Assembly: GCA_963708135.1 (NCBI GenBank)
Contig: OY970192.1
Span: forward strand, 5,280,001 to 5,344,000
Length of the DNA stretch: 64,000 nt
Source: an uncultured Gemmatimonadales bacterium
Lineage (GTDB): Bacteria; Gemmatimonadota; Gemmatimonadetes; Longimicrobiales; RSA9
Direction of reading: 5' to 3'
This document shows, piece by piece, positions 19,574 to 30,428 of this stretch; within the stretch, counting starts at the first letter, position 1, and each line of letters opens with the position of its first letter. Below the pieces are notes generated by a model. The model had not been told where the DNA came from. It saw nothing but the letters and a program-made list of their open reading frames with translations, and did no database searches. The position numbers and the translations under genes were made by a program.

Positions 19574-21855
19574 GCCAGCCCCCGCGCGCGCCGCCACCCC
19601 CACTCCGCGCCCGCCAGCACGATGAGCAGCAGGAACACGACCGGCATGTCCCACAGGTCCTTCTCCTCGATGCGGCTCGTGCCGCTGCCGACGTAGCGGA
19701 TGTCCTCCGGCAGCGACGCCAGCGTCGCGGGCGTGTAGAAGCGGCCGCCCGTCTCCGCCGCGATGCGCTCGAGCAGCGGCGCGCGCATCCCCGCGTCGAA
19801 GTACTCGGCTGCGCTCGGCCCCGCCTGGAACGAGGCCGTGTCGCCGCCCAGCAGCGCCGCCCCGCGTCTCGCCTCGACCGCCACCTCGTGGACGCCGGCC
19901 TCGGTCGGCGTGAAGCGGGCGCGGTAGGCGCCGTCGCGGTCCACGTCCCACTCCATCGGCACCTCGGTGACGGCGCCCGAGGGCGCGCGCACCCGCGCCA
20001 CCACGGCGGCTCCGTTCACCGCCACGAACGCGGAGTCCGCCACCGTCGCCTGGAGCGTGACGGCCTCGCCCGGCTCGACCCGCTCCGCCGCCACGGTGGC
20101 CTCGACCGGCGGCGGCACGTCCGCCACCAGCCAGCGCAGCATCTGCCGCCAGAAGGTCTCGTGCGTCATGTCGTCCGGCGCGATCGAAGCGTCCATCTGC
20201 CAGAGCCAGGTGTCCTCGGCCGTGAGCGCCGCCGCGCGCCCGCGGCCATAGCGCTGCGCCGCGAGCACCACCTGCTCGTCCGGCAGCCCCTCGCCCCGGC
20301 CCACGAGCAGCGCCGTGGCGCCCGGCTTGAGCCTGTCCAGCGGGTTCACGGTCGAGAGCTCCGGCAGCGCCTTCCAGCGCGCGAGCGAGGAGTCCTCCGT
20401 GGCCGCGAGCTGCGTCACCGCCGCGGCCCGGCCGGCGCGCGTCGGCTCGACCTTCATGCGCGCGAAGAAGTCCTCGCTCCCGCCGCCGGCCGGCAGCTCC
20501 ACCGGCAGCGCGTCGGAGAGCGGCGTGCCCGCGTAGCCGCCCTCCGCGAAGGCGTGCCGGCCGCCGATCATGAGCAGCCCGCCGCCGCGCTCGGAGACGA
20601 AATCCGCGATGAGCTGGAGCTGCTCGCGCGTGAAGAAGCTCGCCTCGATGCTGCCCAGGACGAGCGCCTTGTACGAGAAGAGCTCCTCGCGCGTCTTCGG
20701 GAACCCCGACACCAGCTCGTCCGGCCGGTCCACGTCCAGCCGCAGGAACTTGTCCTTCGCCGTCCGCAGCAGGACCACCAGCTGCAGGTTCGGATCGTCC
20801 GCCACCGCCCGCCGCAGGAACTTCACCTCGAAGCGCGGCTCGCCCTCCAGATACAGCACCTTCTCCCGCCCCTCGCGCACCCGCACCAGCGCGTCCTGCT
20901 CGTTGTTCTCCGCCACCGCCTCGCCCGGCTGCGCCGGGATCCGGAAGCGCAGGCGACGCGCCCCCGCCCGCTCCGCCGTGAACCGCACCCGTACCGGCGT
21001 CGGCTCGCCGTCCCGCGGCAGCGTGATCTCCTGCTGCGCCACCAGCCGCCCGCCGTCCTCCACGTAGAGCGGCACCCGCCGGCCGCCGTAGCCGGCCTGC
21101 GAGACCACAACGTCCACCACCAGCGACGTGCCCTCGAGCACCGTGCGCGGTACCTCCACCCGCGACAGCTCGATGTCCCGGTCCGGCGCCGGCCGACCCA
21201 CCCCCACCGTGAACACCGGCACCCGGGCGGCGCGCAGCGTGAGGAGCGACTGCGAGAGCGGCGCGCGCGCGTTGTCCGCCCCGTCGCTCACCACCACGAG
21301 GCCCGCGAGCGGCACCCCCGCGAGCTCCTCTCGCGCCTCGTCCATCGCGGCCGCCAGGTCGGTGCGCGTCCCCGCGAAGGCGAGCGTGCCGGGGTCGCCC
21401 GTGCGTTCGGCGGAGGAGGAGAAGCGGAAGAAGCGGAGCTGGAACCGGCGGGCGAGCGCCTCCCGGAGCGCGGCCGTGTCCGTGCCGAGCTCGCGCGTCG
21501 CGAACGCACCCCGGGACCCGCCGTCCTGGTCGGCGATCCGCATGCTCCGCGAGTCGTCCACGAGCACACCGAGGAAGTTCTGCTGCGGCACGAGCGAGGA
21601 GATCACGAGCTTCGGCCGCAGCAGGCAGAACGCCAGCGCCGCGAGCACCCCCAGCCGCAGCGCCACGAGCACAACCCGGTCCAGCCGCCGCGCCTTCCCG
21701 CCCACGCGCGTGTAGCTCCACAGCACTGCCCCAGCCACGATCAGCGTCAGCGGAAGCAGCACCGCCAGCGCCCTGCGCCCCGACAGCGCGATGCTGCCCC
21801 GCTCGAACACGAGCGGGCTGTACTTGAACAGGAAGCGGAAGAGCGAATCGAGCAC
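19570..21855 (-). CDS. Membrane protein with vWA and glutamine amidotransferase-like (DUF1355-type) domains
   Basis: DDSRSM MIDAS, SDGADN, RGGGLLMIGG..AF..GGY..TP, YGRGR, and C-terminal EW.WRR..GL. Confidence 0.8.
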   Translation of the reverse strand: MLDSLFRFLFKYSPLVFERGSIALSGRRALAVLLPLTLIVAGAVLWSYTRVGGKARRLDRVVLVALRLGVLAALAFCLLRPKLVISSLVPQQNFLGVLVDDSRSMRIADQDGGSRGAFATRELGTDTAALREALARRFQLRFFRFSSSAERTGDPGTLAFAGTRTDLAAAMDEAREELAGVPLAGLVVVSDGADNARAPLSQSLLTLRAARVPVFTVGVGRPAPDRDIELSRVEVPRTVLEGTSLVVDVVVSQAGYGGRRVPLYVEDGGRLVAQQEITLPRDGEPTPVRVRFTAERAGARRLRFRIPAQPGEAVAENNEQDALVRVREGREKVLYLEGEPRFEVKFLRRAVADDPNLQLVVLLRTAKDKFLRLDVDRPDELVSGFPKTREELFSYKALVLGSIEASFFTREQLQLIADFVSERGGGLLMIGGRHAFAEGGYAGTPLSDALPVELPAGGGSEDFFARMKVEPTRAGRAAAVTQLAATEDSSLARWKALPELSTVNPLDRLKPGATALLVGRGEGLPDEQVVLAAQRYGRGRAAALTAEDTWLWQMDASIAPDDMTHETFWRQMLRWLVADVPPPVEATVAAERVEPGEAVTLQATVADSAFVAVNGAAVVARVRAPSGAVTEVPMEWDVDRDGAYRARFTPTEAGVHEVAVEARRGAALLGGDTASFQAGPSAAEYFDAGMRAPLLERIAAETGGRFYTPATLASLPEDIRYVGSGTSRIEEKDLWDMPVVFLLLIVLAGAEWGWRRARGLA

Positions 21856-22376
21856 GGCGGCCCCGCGGCATCGGGTTCGGGGGTGCTGCGTGCGGCGGGG
21901 AAGGGGACGCGGCCATGGGCCGCGCATCGCCGGCCCCGGCGCTCCGGAACGGTCGGGCCGGCGCGTCGTGGGCGCCCACCTGCTGGGGAGATCAGCCGAC
22001 CGTGGAGATTGCGTTCGTTAACGTACCACGCGAGCGACGAAAAAGCTCCATCCCGCGCGCGGGTCGGCGCCCTACATCATCCCCTCCCGTGTGCTGGTGC
22101 GTGTCCCTGTACGCGGGTTCGCGCCCCGTCACCCGCTTGGGCGGCCCCCGCGCGCCTCGCTCCGCACGCTCGGGCCGCCTGGCGGCTCCGCCCCTGGATT
22201 AGGATTCGTTCGGCGCCGAGCCGTGGGGGGGATGGAGGTGAAGACCTCCGGTCGAGATCGCTCTTCAGCGGGATGGTGCCGCGGGGTTCCTTGCGAGATT
22301 CGGCTCCATGACCCGGTGAAGAACATCGCATCCACAACATCGGGCCAGACGGCTCGCATGCCCTGGTTTCCCGACG

Positions 22377-22478
22377 GGCGGAGCGCGACGATCTGGCGCG
22401 CCCTCGTCGTCCCCGCCGTCCAGACCTCGGCGACGCCATCCAGGGAGACCCCCCTCCCAGTCGCCGTGCTCCCGGGCT
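22377..22478 (-). pseudogene. Decayed fragment of a Fic-family gene (partial copy of 23023..24177)
   Basis: Nucleotide similarity to ~23290-23395. Reads REHGDWEG / GVAEVWTAGTTRARQIVALR versus RENGDWEG..GVAEVSTEATATARQIVALR, with an internal deletion and frameshift. Confidence 0.7.
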
Positions 22479-22796
22479 TGCCACGTCAGCTCGCAATGGG
22501 ATTCGAGGCTGCTCGACACCACCTGTCGCCGGAAGCTCGTCCGGGGCTCGTTCTCGGCGTCGCCCCACGGGGCCAAGGGCCGGACAAGATCGGCAAGTGG
22601 AGATCCCGGCCGGGCACCGATCCCCGTTCTTGATCGGAAATCGAGATCAAACGCACACTCGCCGCTTCGAGGCGACCTCGCGAACGCGATTTTGCTCGCT
22701 TCCCGAGACACATCGCGTTCCAGAGACTGTCGCGGACATCCGTTGCGCGATCCTGCTCGGTCTGCTCGGCCCGTACGTGCGCCCCGGAGAGCGCCT

Positions 22797-22904
22797 CCCC
22801 ACCGCAGCGCCCGCGTCAGCCCGGCCACGCCACTCCGGCTGCCGGCACCCCCACCGCAGCGCCGCGCGTCAGCCCGGCCACGCCACTCCGACCGCCGCCA
22901 CCCC
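22797..22904. repeat. ~52-bp imperfect tandem duplication
   Basis: ccccaccgcagcgcc..cgcgtcagcccggccacgccactccg occurs twice in succession. Confidence 0.75.
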
Positions 22905-23022
22905 GGCCCACGCGAGCCGCCCCCCAAGCTCCATGGCGGCTCGCCCCCTCCGCGTTCGCCTGGTTGCGCCGCCCCTCCTCCGCTACCACCCGCGTTCGAG
23001 CTGGACGCCTACGGGCGGAGTC

Positions 23023-24177
23023 CTATCCCCGCTCCTCCCGCTCACCGAACAGCTGCAGATAGCGCTCGAACGCGAATACTCGATACGTCTGCCTGCCGCT
23101 CGTCTCGCGCAGGATGCCGGCATCCTCCAGCGCGTTGGTGAGCGCGTTGGCGGCCGGCTGGGAGAGCCCGGTCACCTCCTGGACCCGCTTCACGTTGACG
23201 ATCGGCGTGCGGAACAACCCCTCGAGCAGCGTGAGCCCCGGCGCCGCGCGACGCCCCAGCTCCTGCGCGATCCGCTGCCGCTCTTCCTCCCGGAGCGCCA
23301 CGATCTGGCGTGCCGTCGCCGTCGCCTCCGTCGAGACCTCGGCGACCCCCTCGAGGAAGAAGGCCAGCCACCCCTCCCAGTCGCCGTTTTCCCGGATCGC
23401 CTGCAGACGGTCGTAGTACTCCCGCCGGTTGCGCTTGAAGAAGATCGAAAGGTAGAGGATCGGCTCGCGCAGCACGTCCTCGTGAACCAGGAAGAACGTG
23501 ATCAGCAGGCGTCCGACCCTGCCGTTGCCGTCCAGGAACGGATGCAGGGTCTCGAACTGCGCGTGCGCGAGGCCCGCCCGCACGAGCACCGGAAGATCGG
23601 ACGCGGCATGGAGAAACTGCTCGAGCTCGTTCAGCGACCGTTGCATCTCGTCCACTGGCGGCGGGACAAATCGGGCCGCCGCCGGGCTCGGACCACCGAT
23701 CCAGTTCTGGGACCGGCGGAATTCGCCGGGAGTCTTTGAGGGCTCGCCTCCACGAACTCCCGCCATCAGCCGGGCATGAATCTCCCGGATCAATCGGAGC
23801 GAGAGTGGCGTCTTCACCCGCTCGAGTCCGAAGCGGAGCGCATCGATGTAGTTCGTGATCTCCGCCACATCGACGCGTCGCTCGGTGCGCTCCATCTGCG
23901 CCTCGTACTCCAGGAGATCCACGAGCGACGCCTCTTTGCCCTCGATCTGACTCGACAGCACGGCCTCGCGCCGTACGTACATGTACACGAACAGGTCCGG
24001 GTCCGGCAGGATCTCGGCGGAACCCACCAGCCGACCCAGCGACAGAGTCGCCTTCTCGAGCAACTCCGCGAGCGCACCCAGCCGGAGATCCCCCGGCGGA
24101 AACCGTGCGGGAACGAACGCCCGGTAGCCCGCCGGTTGCGGGCGGAACACCCCGGCTCGTGAGGTCAGATCGGGCAT
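23023..24177 (-). CDS. Fic-family protein (AMPylase) with N-terminal autoinhibitory motif and C-terminal HTH
   Basis: HPFLDGNGRVGR canonical Fic motif, SSQIEG inhibitory helix and PGEFRRSQNWIG. Confidence 0.93.
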   Translation of the reverse strand: MPDLTSRAGVFRPQPAGYRAFVPARFPPGDLRLGALAELLEKATLSLGRLVGSAEILPDPDLFVYMYVRREAVLSSQIEGKEASLVDLLEYEAQMERTERRVDVAEITNYIDALRFGLERVKTPLSLRLIREIHARLMAGVRGGEPSKTPGEFRRSQNWIGGPSPAAARFVPPPVDEMQRSLNELEQFLHAASDLPVLVRAGLAHAQFETLHPFLDGNGRVGRLLITFFLVHEDVLREPILYLSIFFKRNRREYYDRLQAIRENGDWEGWLAFFLEGVAEVSTEATATARQIVALREEERQRIAQELGRRAAPGLTLLEGLFRTPIVNVKRVQEVTGLSQPAANALTNALEDAGILRETSGRQTYRVFAFERYLQLFGEREERG

Positions 24178-24204
24178 CGCGGCACGTCTCGGCTCATGCG
24201 GCGG

Positions 24205-24272
24205 CTTATGCGAGGAGGATCATGGAATAAGAATATCGCCGAAACCTTATTTCTCCGCAAGCCTCGCATAAG
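24205..24272. promoter_or_regulatory. Inverted repeat upstream of fic (putative operator)
   Basis: CTTATGCGAGG (24205-24215) pairs with CCTCGCATAAG (24262-24272); inner AATAAG/CTTATT pair. Confidence 0.5.
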
Positions 24273-24330
24273 GCAGGAAACGCGACGGGCGCAGCTCGGC
24301 GGCGCACCACTCCCCGCCGCCGCCGGCGCT

Positions 24331-24784
24331 GTCCAGCGAATCCGAATCCAGCGCGGTGGAATCCGAATCCCGGCCGTTCCTGGCCGGGGCGGGTGGGCTT
24401 CGGGACCTCTCGGGCGGTCGCAGGTAGCGTCTGCCCGAGCGTGTGGTGCCGAGCCGTGCCCGGGCTGTGGGGATGCCGTACCTGGCCGGAGGCCGTCCCA
24501 CGCCGGGGGCGGCGGGATGAATCCGGCAATTCCCCCGCGCCGACGATCGCGTACGAGATTCGTTTCGTCAGGCGAGCGAAATCTCTCGCGCGCCGGCCTC
24601 GTTGCGCGTGTCGTGCCGCTTTCGTTTCGCCACACGATCGAAAACTCGAGCCCGCGATGCTGGCGAAGCGACCTTACGACATCCGACTCGCTCGCGAGCG
24701 TGGGGAGGGTCCTCACCGGGTCGTTCCCGTAGTCCAACGAATCCGAATCCAGCGGCCGCAGGCCGCAGAATCCGAATCCGGCCT
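24331..24784. repeat. Two copies of a GAATCC-doublet repeat ~400 bp apart
   Basis: gtcca(g/a)cgaatccgaatccagcg...gaatccgaatcc(c)ggcc at 24331-24375 and 24732-24784. Confidence 0.75.
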
Positions 24785-24936
24785 GTCCGGCGCGGCGCCG
24801 CCACGCCCGAGGCTTGCCGCGGCCGGACGGTACGCGAACAAGCGGGGGCCTGGTGACCTGGCGATGTCGGCACACGCGCTGCAGGATGGGGGAACGAAAG
24901 CGCAGAGCCTTGAGGATCGCATGGAGGTCCAGCACC

Positions 24937-26094
24937 ATGGCCACACCCGCGTCCCCGCCAGCCCGCCGCCCCCCAGCGCCCGCGGCCGGGCCCCACCTCT
25001 TCGCGCCGCTCCGCGTCGGCAGCCTCGAGCTGCGCAACCGCATCATCATCGCGCCAATGTGCCAGTACTCCGCCGTCGAAGGCTGCATGACCGACTGGCA
25101 CCTGATCCACCTCGGCCATCTCGCCCTGTCCGGCGCCGCGCTGCTCACCATCGAGGCGACGGCGGTCACGCCCGGGGGCCGCATCACCTACGCCGACACC
25201 GGGCTCTGGTCGGACGGGACCGAAGCCGCCATGCGACGCGTCCTCGAGGCCGTCCGGCGCTGGTCCGACATCCCGGTCGCGATCCAGCTCGGCCACGCGG
25301 GTCGCAAGGCATCGCACGAGGTCCCGTGGAAGGGCGACGCGCAGTTCGCGCCGGGCGAGGAGAACGGCTGGAAGACGGAGGCGCCGTCGGCGATTGCCTA
25401 TCTCCCGGGCGAGGACCCGCCCGTGGCCATGGGCCGCGCCGCGCTCGCGCGCGTCCGCGAGGCGTTCGCCGATTCCGCGCGCCGAGCCGCCCGGCTCGGG
25501 ATCGATGCCATCCAGCTCCACGGCGCGCACGGCTACCTGCTGCACGAGTTCCTGTCGCCGCTCTCGAACCGGCGCGAGGACGAGTACGGCGGCACGCTCG
25601 AGAACCGCATGCGTTTCCCGCTAGAGGTGTTCGACGCCGCGCGCGCCGCGTTCCCGGCGGAGCGGCCGGTGAGCGTGCGGGTCTCGGCCACGGACTGGGC
25701 CGAAGGCGGGCTGACCCTGGAGGAGACGATCGCCTTCGCGCAGGCGCTGGAGGCGCGGGGCTGTTCGGCCATCCACGTCTCGAGCGGCGGCCTCTCGCCC
25801 ACCCAGAAGATCCCCGTCGCGCCCGGCTACCAGGTCCCGCTCGCCCGCGCCGTTCGCGCCGCCACGAGCACGATGCCGGTCGTCGCGGTGGGGCTGATCA
25901 CGGAGCCGGAGCACGCGGAGGCCATCGTCGCCAACGGCGATGCGGACCTCGTCGCGCTCGCGCGCGGCATGCTCTACGACCCGCGCTGGCCCTGGCACGC
26001 CGCCGCGCACCTGGGTGCCCACGTCGAGGTCCCGCCCCAGTACCTGCGCTCCCGCCCGCGCGGCTACCCCGACCTGTTCGGGTCGGGCGAGTGA
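24937..26094 (+). CDS. NADH:flavin oxidoreductase (Old Yellow Enzyme, YqjM-like)
   Basis: NRIIIAPMCQYSA, IQLGHAGRKAS and HGAHGYLLHEFLSPLSNRREDEYGG. Confidence 0.92.
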   Translation: MATPASPPARRPPAPAAGPHLFAPLRVGSLELRNRIIIAPMCQYSAVEGCMTDWHLIHLGHLALSGAALLTIEATAVTPGGRITYADTGLWSDGTEAAMRRVLEAVRRWSDIPVAIQLGHAGRKASHEVPWKGDAQFAPGEENGWKTEAPSAIAYLPGEDPPVAMGRAALARVREAFADSARRAARLGIDAIQLHGAHGYLLHEFLSPLSNRREDEYGGTLENRMRFPLEVFDAARAAFPAERPVSVRVSATDWAEGGLTLEETIAFAQALEARGCSAIHVSSGGLSPTQKIPVAPGYQVPLARAVRAATSTMPVVAVGLITEPEHAEAIVANGDADLVALARGMLYDPRWPWHAAAHLGAHVEVPPQYLRSRPRGYPDLFGSGE

Positions 26095-26104
26095 CCCTCC
26101 GACG

Positions 26105-28729
26105 CTACTCCGCCCTGAGGGCGGCCGTGGGATCCGCGCGAATGGCTCGGCGCGCGGGAACGTAGCTCGCGGCCAGGACGACCACGGCCAGAACGAGCGG
26201 GGCCGCGCCGAAGGTGAGGGCATCCCGGGGGCCGATGCCGTAGAGCATCCCGGCCAGCAGCCGGGTGGTGAGCGCGGCGCCGGCGAGGCCTGCGGCGATC
26301 CCCGCCGCGGCAAGCGCGGCGCCCCAGCGCAGCACCAGCCAGAGCACGTGGCGGCGCGGCGCTCCGAGCGCCAGCCGGATGGCGTACTCCCTGCCACGCT
26401 GGCTCACCGCGTAGGCGGTTACTCCGTAGATCCCGACCGCGCCCAGGACGAGCGCGAGAGCCGCGAAGATCGCCAGCAGCCCGCTCTCCGATCGGGGTTG
26501 TGCGAGGGAGGCGGCCAGCAGCTCGTCCTGGGTGCGCACGTCGCTCACCGGGGTATCCTCGTCCAGCGAGGCGACGAGCCCGGGCAGCGCCCGGGCGACG
26601 GCCACGGGGTTCCCCCTCGAGCGCACCACCAGCCTCATAGGGCCCGTGGGTGCCTGCGCGAGCGGCACGTACAGCGCCGGGCCGTCGCCGCCGGCGAGGT
26701 CCGTCCACTTCACGTCCGCCACCACCCCAACGACCGTGCGCCACCCCTCGTCGAAGACCAGCTTCAGCCGCTTCCCCAGCGCGCTCTCACCCGGCCAGTA
26801 GCGCCGCGCCAGGCCCTCGCTCACGATCGCGGCACCGGGCGCATCGGCGCGATCCCCGGGCGTGAACGGCCGCCCCGCGAGGAGCGGGACGCCCAGCGCA
26901 CGGAAGTAGTCCGCGCTGACCGTCAGTCGGGCATCGGCCAGCGGCCAGTCCCCGCTCGTGGCCGGATCCGGCCGCCCCTCGATGAGGAAGACGCTCCCGT
27001 ACGCGTCCCCCCCGAACGGGACCCCGCTGCCGACGGCCACCGCCGTGGCGCCCGGCAGGGTCCCCACCCGCGCCAGCAGCCGCTCGTAGAAGCGCACGAG
27101 GTCCGGCTCCGCCGCGTAGCGAAACTGCGGCGGTGCCACCCTGGCCACGACCACGCCGCGCGTGCCGAACCCCGGATCGACGGCAAGGAGGCGCGAAAAG
27201 CTGCGGAGCAGCAGCCCGGCGCCGATCACCAGCACGACCGACACGGCGACCTGCGCCGCGACGATCGCCGCGGACAGCCGCTGCCGATCGCGCGTCATCC
27301 CCGCGCGTCCGCCGGCCGCCACGATGGCGCCCGGAGCCTGCCGTGACGACCGGAGCGCGGGCACGAGGCCGAACAGCAGGCTCGTCACGAGCGAGGCGCC
27401 GAGCGCGAAGCCGAGGACCGGGACGTCGATGCCTACGTCGCCGAGGCGGGGGAAGTCCGGTGGCAGCACATTCCGCACGGCGGCCACCGCGGAGAAGGCG
27501 AGACCGAGCCCGGCCAGACCACCGCCCAGGCCCAGCACCAAGCTCTCCGTCAGCATCTGCCGGACGAGGCGGCCCCGGCCCGCTCCGAGCGCCGTGCGGA
27601 TCCCCACCTCCCGGCGCCGCGCCGCACCCCGCGAGAGAAGCAGGTTCGCCACGTTCGCGCACGCCACCAGAAGCAGCAGCGCGACCGCACCGAACAGGAT
27701 GAACAGCATGGGCCGGACGTTCCCGACCAGACGCTCCCGCAGCGGCACCACCGTCGCACCCTTCCAGTAGCCCTCCGGCATCGTCCACGGCAGCAGCCGG
27801 CGCATCCGTGGCTCCAGGGCGGCGACCTCCTGGCGCGCCTCCTCCCTGGTAGCGCCCGGACGCAGCCGCGCCAGCTTGTGGAAGCCACCCGCTCCCCACA
27901 GCTCTCCGGGCGGCAGCCCCTGCACGACCGCGGGGACCCATACCTCCGTCGCCTCTCCGGGGAACCGGAACCTCGCCGGCATGACGCCCACGATCGTCCG
28001 GCTCACGCCGTCGAGCTCGACGCGCCTCCCGACGATCCCCGCCGCGGCCCCGAAGCGCCGCCGCCACAGCCCATCGCTGATCACGACCACGGCATCCGAA
28101 CCGGGCACGTCCTCCCCCGGCACGAACGTCCGACCCGCCTCCGGGCCCACCCCCAGCAGCGTGAACAGCCCCGTCGTTACCGCCGCCCCGGACAGCCGCT
28201 CGGGCTCGCCGGAGCCGGTCAGGCTCAACTCTCTCGCCGCGTAGCCTTCCACGCGCTCGAACGCCCGCACCTTCCCACGCATCGCCACGACCTCGCCCAG
28301 CACCCCCATGCCGGCATCCACGCTGACCACCCGCTCCGGCTGGTGGATCGCCAGCGGCCGCAGCAGGACTCCCTCCACCAGGCTGAACACCGCCGTCGTG
28401 CCGCCGATCCCCAGCGCGAGCGTGACCACGCAGGCCACGCTGAACAGAGGCGCCCCCCGCAGCGTCCGCAGCGCGTAACGGATGTCCATTGCCAGCTCCG
28501 CCAGCCAGCGGGCGCCACGCTCGTCCCGCATCACCTCCCCGTGGCGATCCACACCCCCGAACGCCAGCAGCGCCCGGCGCCGCGCTTCCACCGGCCGCAT
28601 TCCCGCCCGCACGTTGGCGTCCGTCATCATGTCGATGTGGAACCGGAACTCCTCCTCCATCCGCGATTCGGCCGACCCGCGGGAGAAGAGCAGCCACAGC
28701 CGCGCACGAACCGCGTCGTACCACCTCAT
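26105..28729 (-). CDS. ABC-type duplicated orphan permease (ADOP; MacB/FtsX x2)
   Basis: N-terminal EEFRFHIDM...[28 protein letters not shown] and GIYGV...[14 protein letters not shown] overlap with padR. Confidence 0.9.
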   Translation of the reverse strand: MRWYDAVRARLWLLFSRGSAESRMEEEFRFHIDMMTDANVRAGMRPVEARRRALLAFGGVDRHGEVMRDERGARWLAELAMDIRYALRTLRGAPLFSVACVVTLALGIGGTTAVFSLVEGVLLRPLAIHQPERVVSVDAGMGVLGEVVAMRGKVRAFERVEGYAARELSLTGSGEPERLSGAAVTTGLFTLLGVGPEAGRTFVPGEDVPGSDAVVVISDGLWRRRFGAAAGIVGRRVELDGVSRTIVGVMPARFRFPGEATEVWVPAVVQGLPPGELWGAGGFHKLARLRPGATREEARQEVAALEPRMRRLLPWTMPEGYWKGATVVPLRERLVGNVRPMLFILFGAVALLLLVACANVANLLLSRGAARRREVGIRTALGAGRGRLVRQMLTESLVLGLGGGLAGLGLAFSAVAAVRNVLPPDFPRLGDVGIDVPVLGFALGASLVTSLLFGLVPALRSSRQAPGAIVAAGGRAGMTRDRQRLSAAIVAAQVAVSVVLVIGAGLLLRSFSRLLAVDPGFGTRGVVVARVAPPQFRYAAEPDLVRFYERLLARVGTLPGATAVAVGSGVPFGGDAYGSVFLIEGRPDPATSGDWPLADARLTVSADYFRALGVPLLAGRPFTPGDRADAPGAAIVSEGLARRYWPGESALGKRLKLVFDEGWRTVVGVVADVKWTDLAGGDGPALYVPLAQAPTGPMRLVVRSRGNPVAVARALPGLVASLDEDTPVSDVRTQDELLAASLAQPRSESGLLAIFAALALVLGAVGIYGVTAYAVSQRGREYAIRLALGAPRRHVLWLVLRWGAALAAAGIAAGLAGAALTTRLLAGMLYGIGPRDALTFGAAPLVLAVVVLAASYVPARRAIRADPTAALRAE

Positions 28730-29058
28730 TGCATCTGGAGCACGGCCTCGAGACCCGCGACGAAGCGCTGCCAGCTCGCCAGCTCCTCGCCCAACGCCCG
28801 ACGCCCCGCCGCAGTCAGCGTGTAGTAGCGCGCCCGCCGGTTGTTGCCTGTCGTCCCCCAGTCGCTCGTCACCAGACCGCCCTTCTCCAGCCGCTGCAGC
28901 GCCGGATAGAGCGAACCCTGATTCACCTCCAGCGCGCCCTCCGAGATCTGCTGCACCCGCTGGCTGATCCCCCACCCGTGCATCGGAGCCAGCGAGAGCG
29001 TCTTCAGCACCAGCAGATCCAGCGATCCACGCAGTGCGTCGTTCTGGTTGCGCGCCAT
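28726..29058 (-). CDS. PadR-family transcriptional regulator (ADOP-associated type)
   Basis: [18 protein letters not shown]...[13 protein letters not shown]...NNRRARYY. Confidence 0.92.
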   Translation of the reverse strand: MARNQNDALRGSLDLLVLKTLSLAPMHGWGISQRVQQISEGALEVNQGSLYPALQRLEKGGLVTSDWGTTGNNRRARYYTLTAAGRRALGEELASWQRFVAGLEAVLQMQ

Positions 29059-29077
29059 CCGACCCCCCTCCCGCGTT

Positions 29078-29128
29078 CCTGTAGCCATCGAGGGTAAGAT
29101 GCGCGGCTGTCCTGTCGATGTCAACAGA
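29078..29128. promoter_or_regulatory. Putative PadR operator (two imperfect palindromes)
   Basis: CCTGTAGCCATCGAGGG and CTGTCGA-TG-TCAACAG just upstream of padR. Confidence 0.35.
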
Positions 29129-29134
29129 AACGAA

Positions 29135-29497
29135 CTACTCGGCTGCGCCCAGCGCCGAGCTGATCCGCTCCTCCAGCCGGTCGAGGTCCCAGCCCGCCTG
29201 CTGCCGCACGATGTTGCGCAGCACCGGGTCGAGGCCCTCGATCGTGTCCAGGATGTCGCCCAGCAGCTGCCTCTGCTCGACCGCGCCCGTCATGGCCCCC
29301 TCGCCCTCCACCATGTCGCGCAGGATGGCGCCATCGGAGCGGGAGGCGACGAGCGGCCCGTCCACGCCCTCGACGTAGACGAACGTGCGCCGCCCCGGGC
29401 CGCGTTCATCCTCGATCGGCTGCAGCCCGACGATCCTGTCGGAGCGGAAGTACTTCCCGTATCCCAGCGCCACGATCCGACCGGCGGCCACCTTCAT
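29135..29497 (-). CDS. Hypothetical protein (weak RemA/DUF370-like pattern)
   Basis: Coding-like composition and GAGGAGGGG RBS; IVALGYGKYF...GRRTFVYV...ASRS. Confidence 0.6.
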   Translation of the reverse strand: MKVAAGRIVALGYGKYFRSDRIVGLQPIEDERGPGRRTFVYVEGVDGPLVASRSDGAILRDMVEGEGAMTGAVEQRQLLGDILDTIEGLDPVLRNIVRQQAGWDLDRLEERISSALGAAE

Positions 29498-29654
29498 CGT
29501 CCCCTCCTCGTCCGGTGTCGCGCCGTCCCGCGGCGCATCCGACAACCCTCGGCGCGGAGGTCCGGCGTGTCAATGAGGCTCCGGCGGCTGCTCCTCGACC
29601 AGCGCCCGCAGCCCGGCCGATCGCCGTCTCCCACTGGAGCGCCGCCGGTAGCGC

Positions 29655-30428
29655 CTATGTCCGCGAGAACAGGGCGAAGCGGCCGCCCTGCGGGTCCTTG
29701 CAGGCGCCGATGCGGCCGCCGCCCGGGACCTCCATCGGGCCGTGGATCACGGTTCCGCCCGCCCTCCGGACGCGCTCCAGCGCGGCGTCGAGGTCCTCGA
29801 CGTTCACGTAGTAGAGCCAGTAGGGCGGGGTGGTCATGGCGTCCGGCTCGAACATCGCGCCCGTGGCCACGTCCTCGGGCTCGTCGGCGGAGCGGAACGT
29901 GAGGTAGGGTCCCGCCTCGCCCATGTCGATCGTGCCCGCGTGCTGCCAGCCGAACAGCTCGGAGTAGAACGCCCAGGCGCTCTCCCGGCCCGTGGTGTGC
30001 AGCTCGTGCCAGCCCACGAAGCCCGCCTTCGTCCGGTCGAAGCCCGGCGCTTCGTTCAGGCGCTGGAGCAGCGCGATGACCGCTCCCTGCGGGTCGGCGA
30101 TCACGGCGAAGCGGCCCACCTCCGGGATGTCGGTGCCCGGCACCAGGACCGTGCCGCCCAGCTCCTGCGCGTGCCCGGTCGCCCTGTCAGCATCATCGAC
30201 GGCGACGAACCCCGCCCAGCGCGGCGGCACCCCGGCGCGGGCCTCCTCCTCGGGCAGCGGGCCGATCCCGCCGATCGTCGTCTCGCCCACCGTCCACATG
30301 ACGTACGGCTGCTCGCCGCCGCTCCACTCCTGCGTCCCCCAGCCCGTGACCTCGGTGTAGAAGGACCGCGCCGCCTCCCGGTCGGTGGTCCAGAGGTCGT
30401 ACCACACGAAGCGTCCCTTGCCGGCCAT
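29655..30428 (-). CDS. VOC-family (glyoxalase/bleomycin resistance) two-domain protein
   Basis: FVWYDLWTTD...DPQGA repeated as WHELHTT...DPQGG. AAGGAGG RBS. Confidence 0.9.
   Translation of the reverse strand: MAGKGRFVWYDLWTTDREAARSFYTEVTGWGTQEWSGGEQPYVMWTVGETTIGGIGPLPEEEARAGVPPRWAGFVAVDDADRATGHAQELGGTVLVPGTDIPEVGRFAVIADPQGAVIALLQRLNEAPGFDRTKAGFVGWHELHTTGRESAWAFYSELFGWQHAGTIDMGEAGPYLTFRSADEPEDVATGAMFEPDAMTTPPYWLYYVNVEDLDAALERVRRAGGTVIHGPMEVPGGGRIGACKDPQGGRFALFSRT

Noticed and set aside
19574..21979. Upstream portion of the 1149-aa ORF 18530..21979
   Set aside because: It is an off-frame overlap of the vWA/GATase gene; only 18530..19573 is protein-like.
22481..22530. tRNA-like TCGAATCCC on the minus strand
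   Set aside because: No cloverleaf or acceptor stem could be built around it.
14994..24784. Short repeats (15-mer array, 52-bp duplication, GAATCC repeats) as CRISPR arrays
   Set aside because: No regular repeat-spacer structure and no cas genes.
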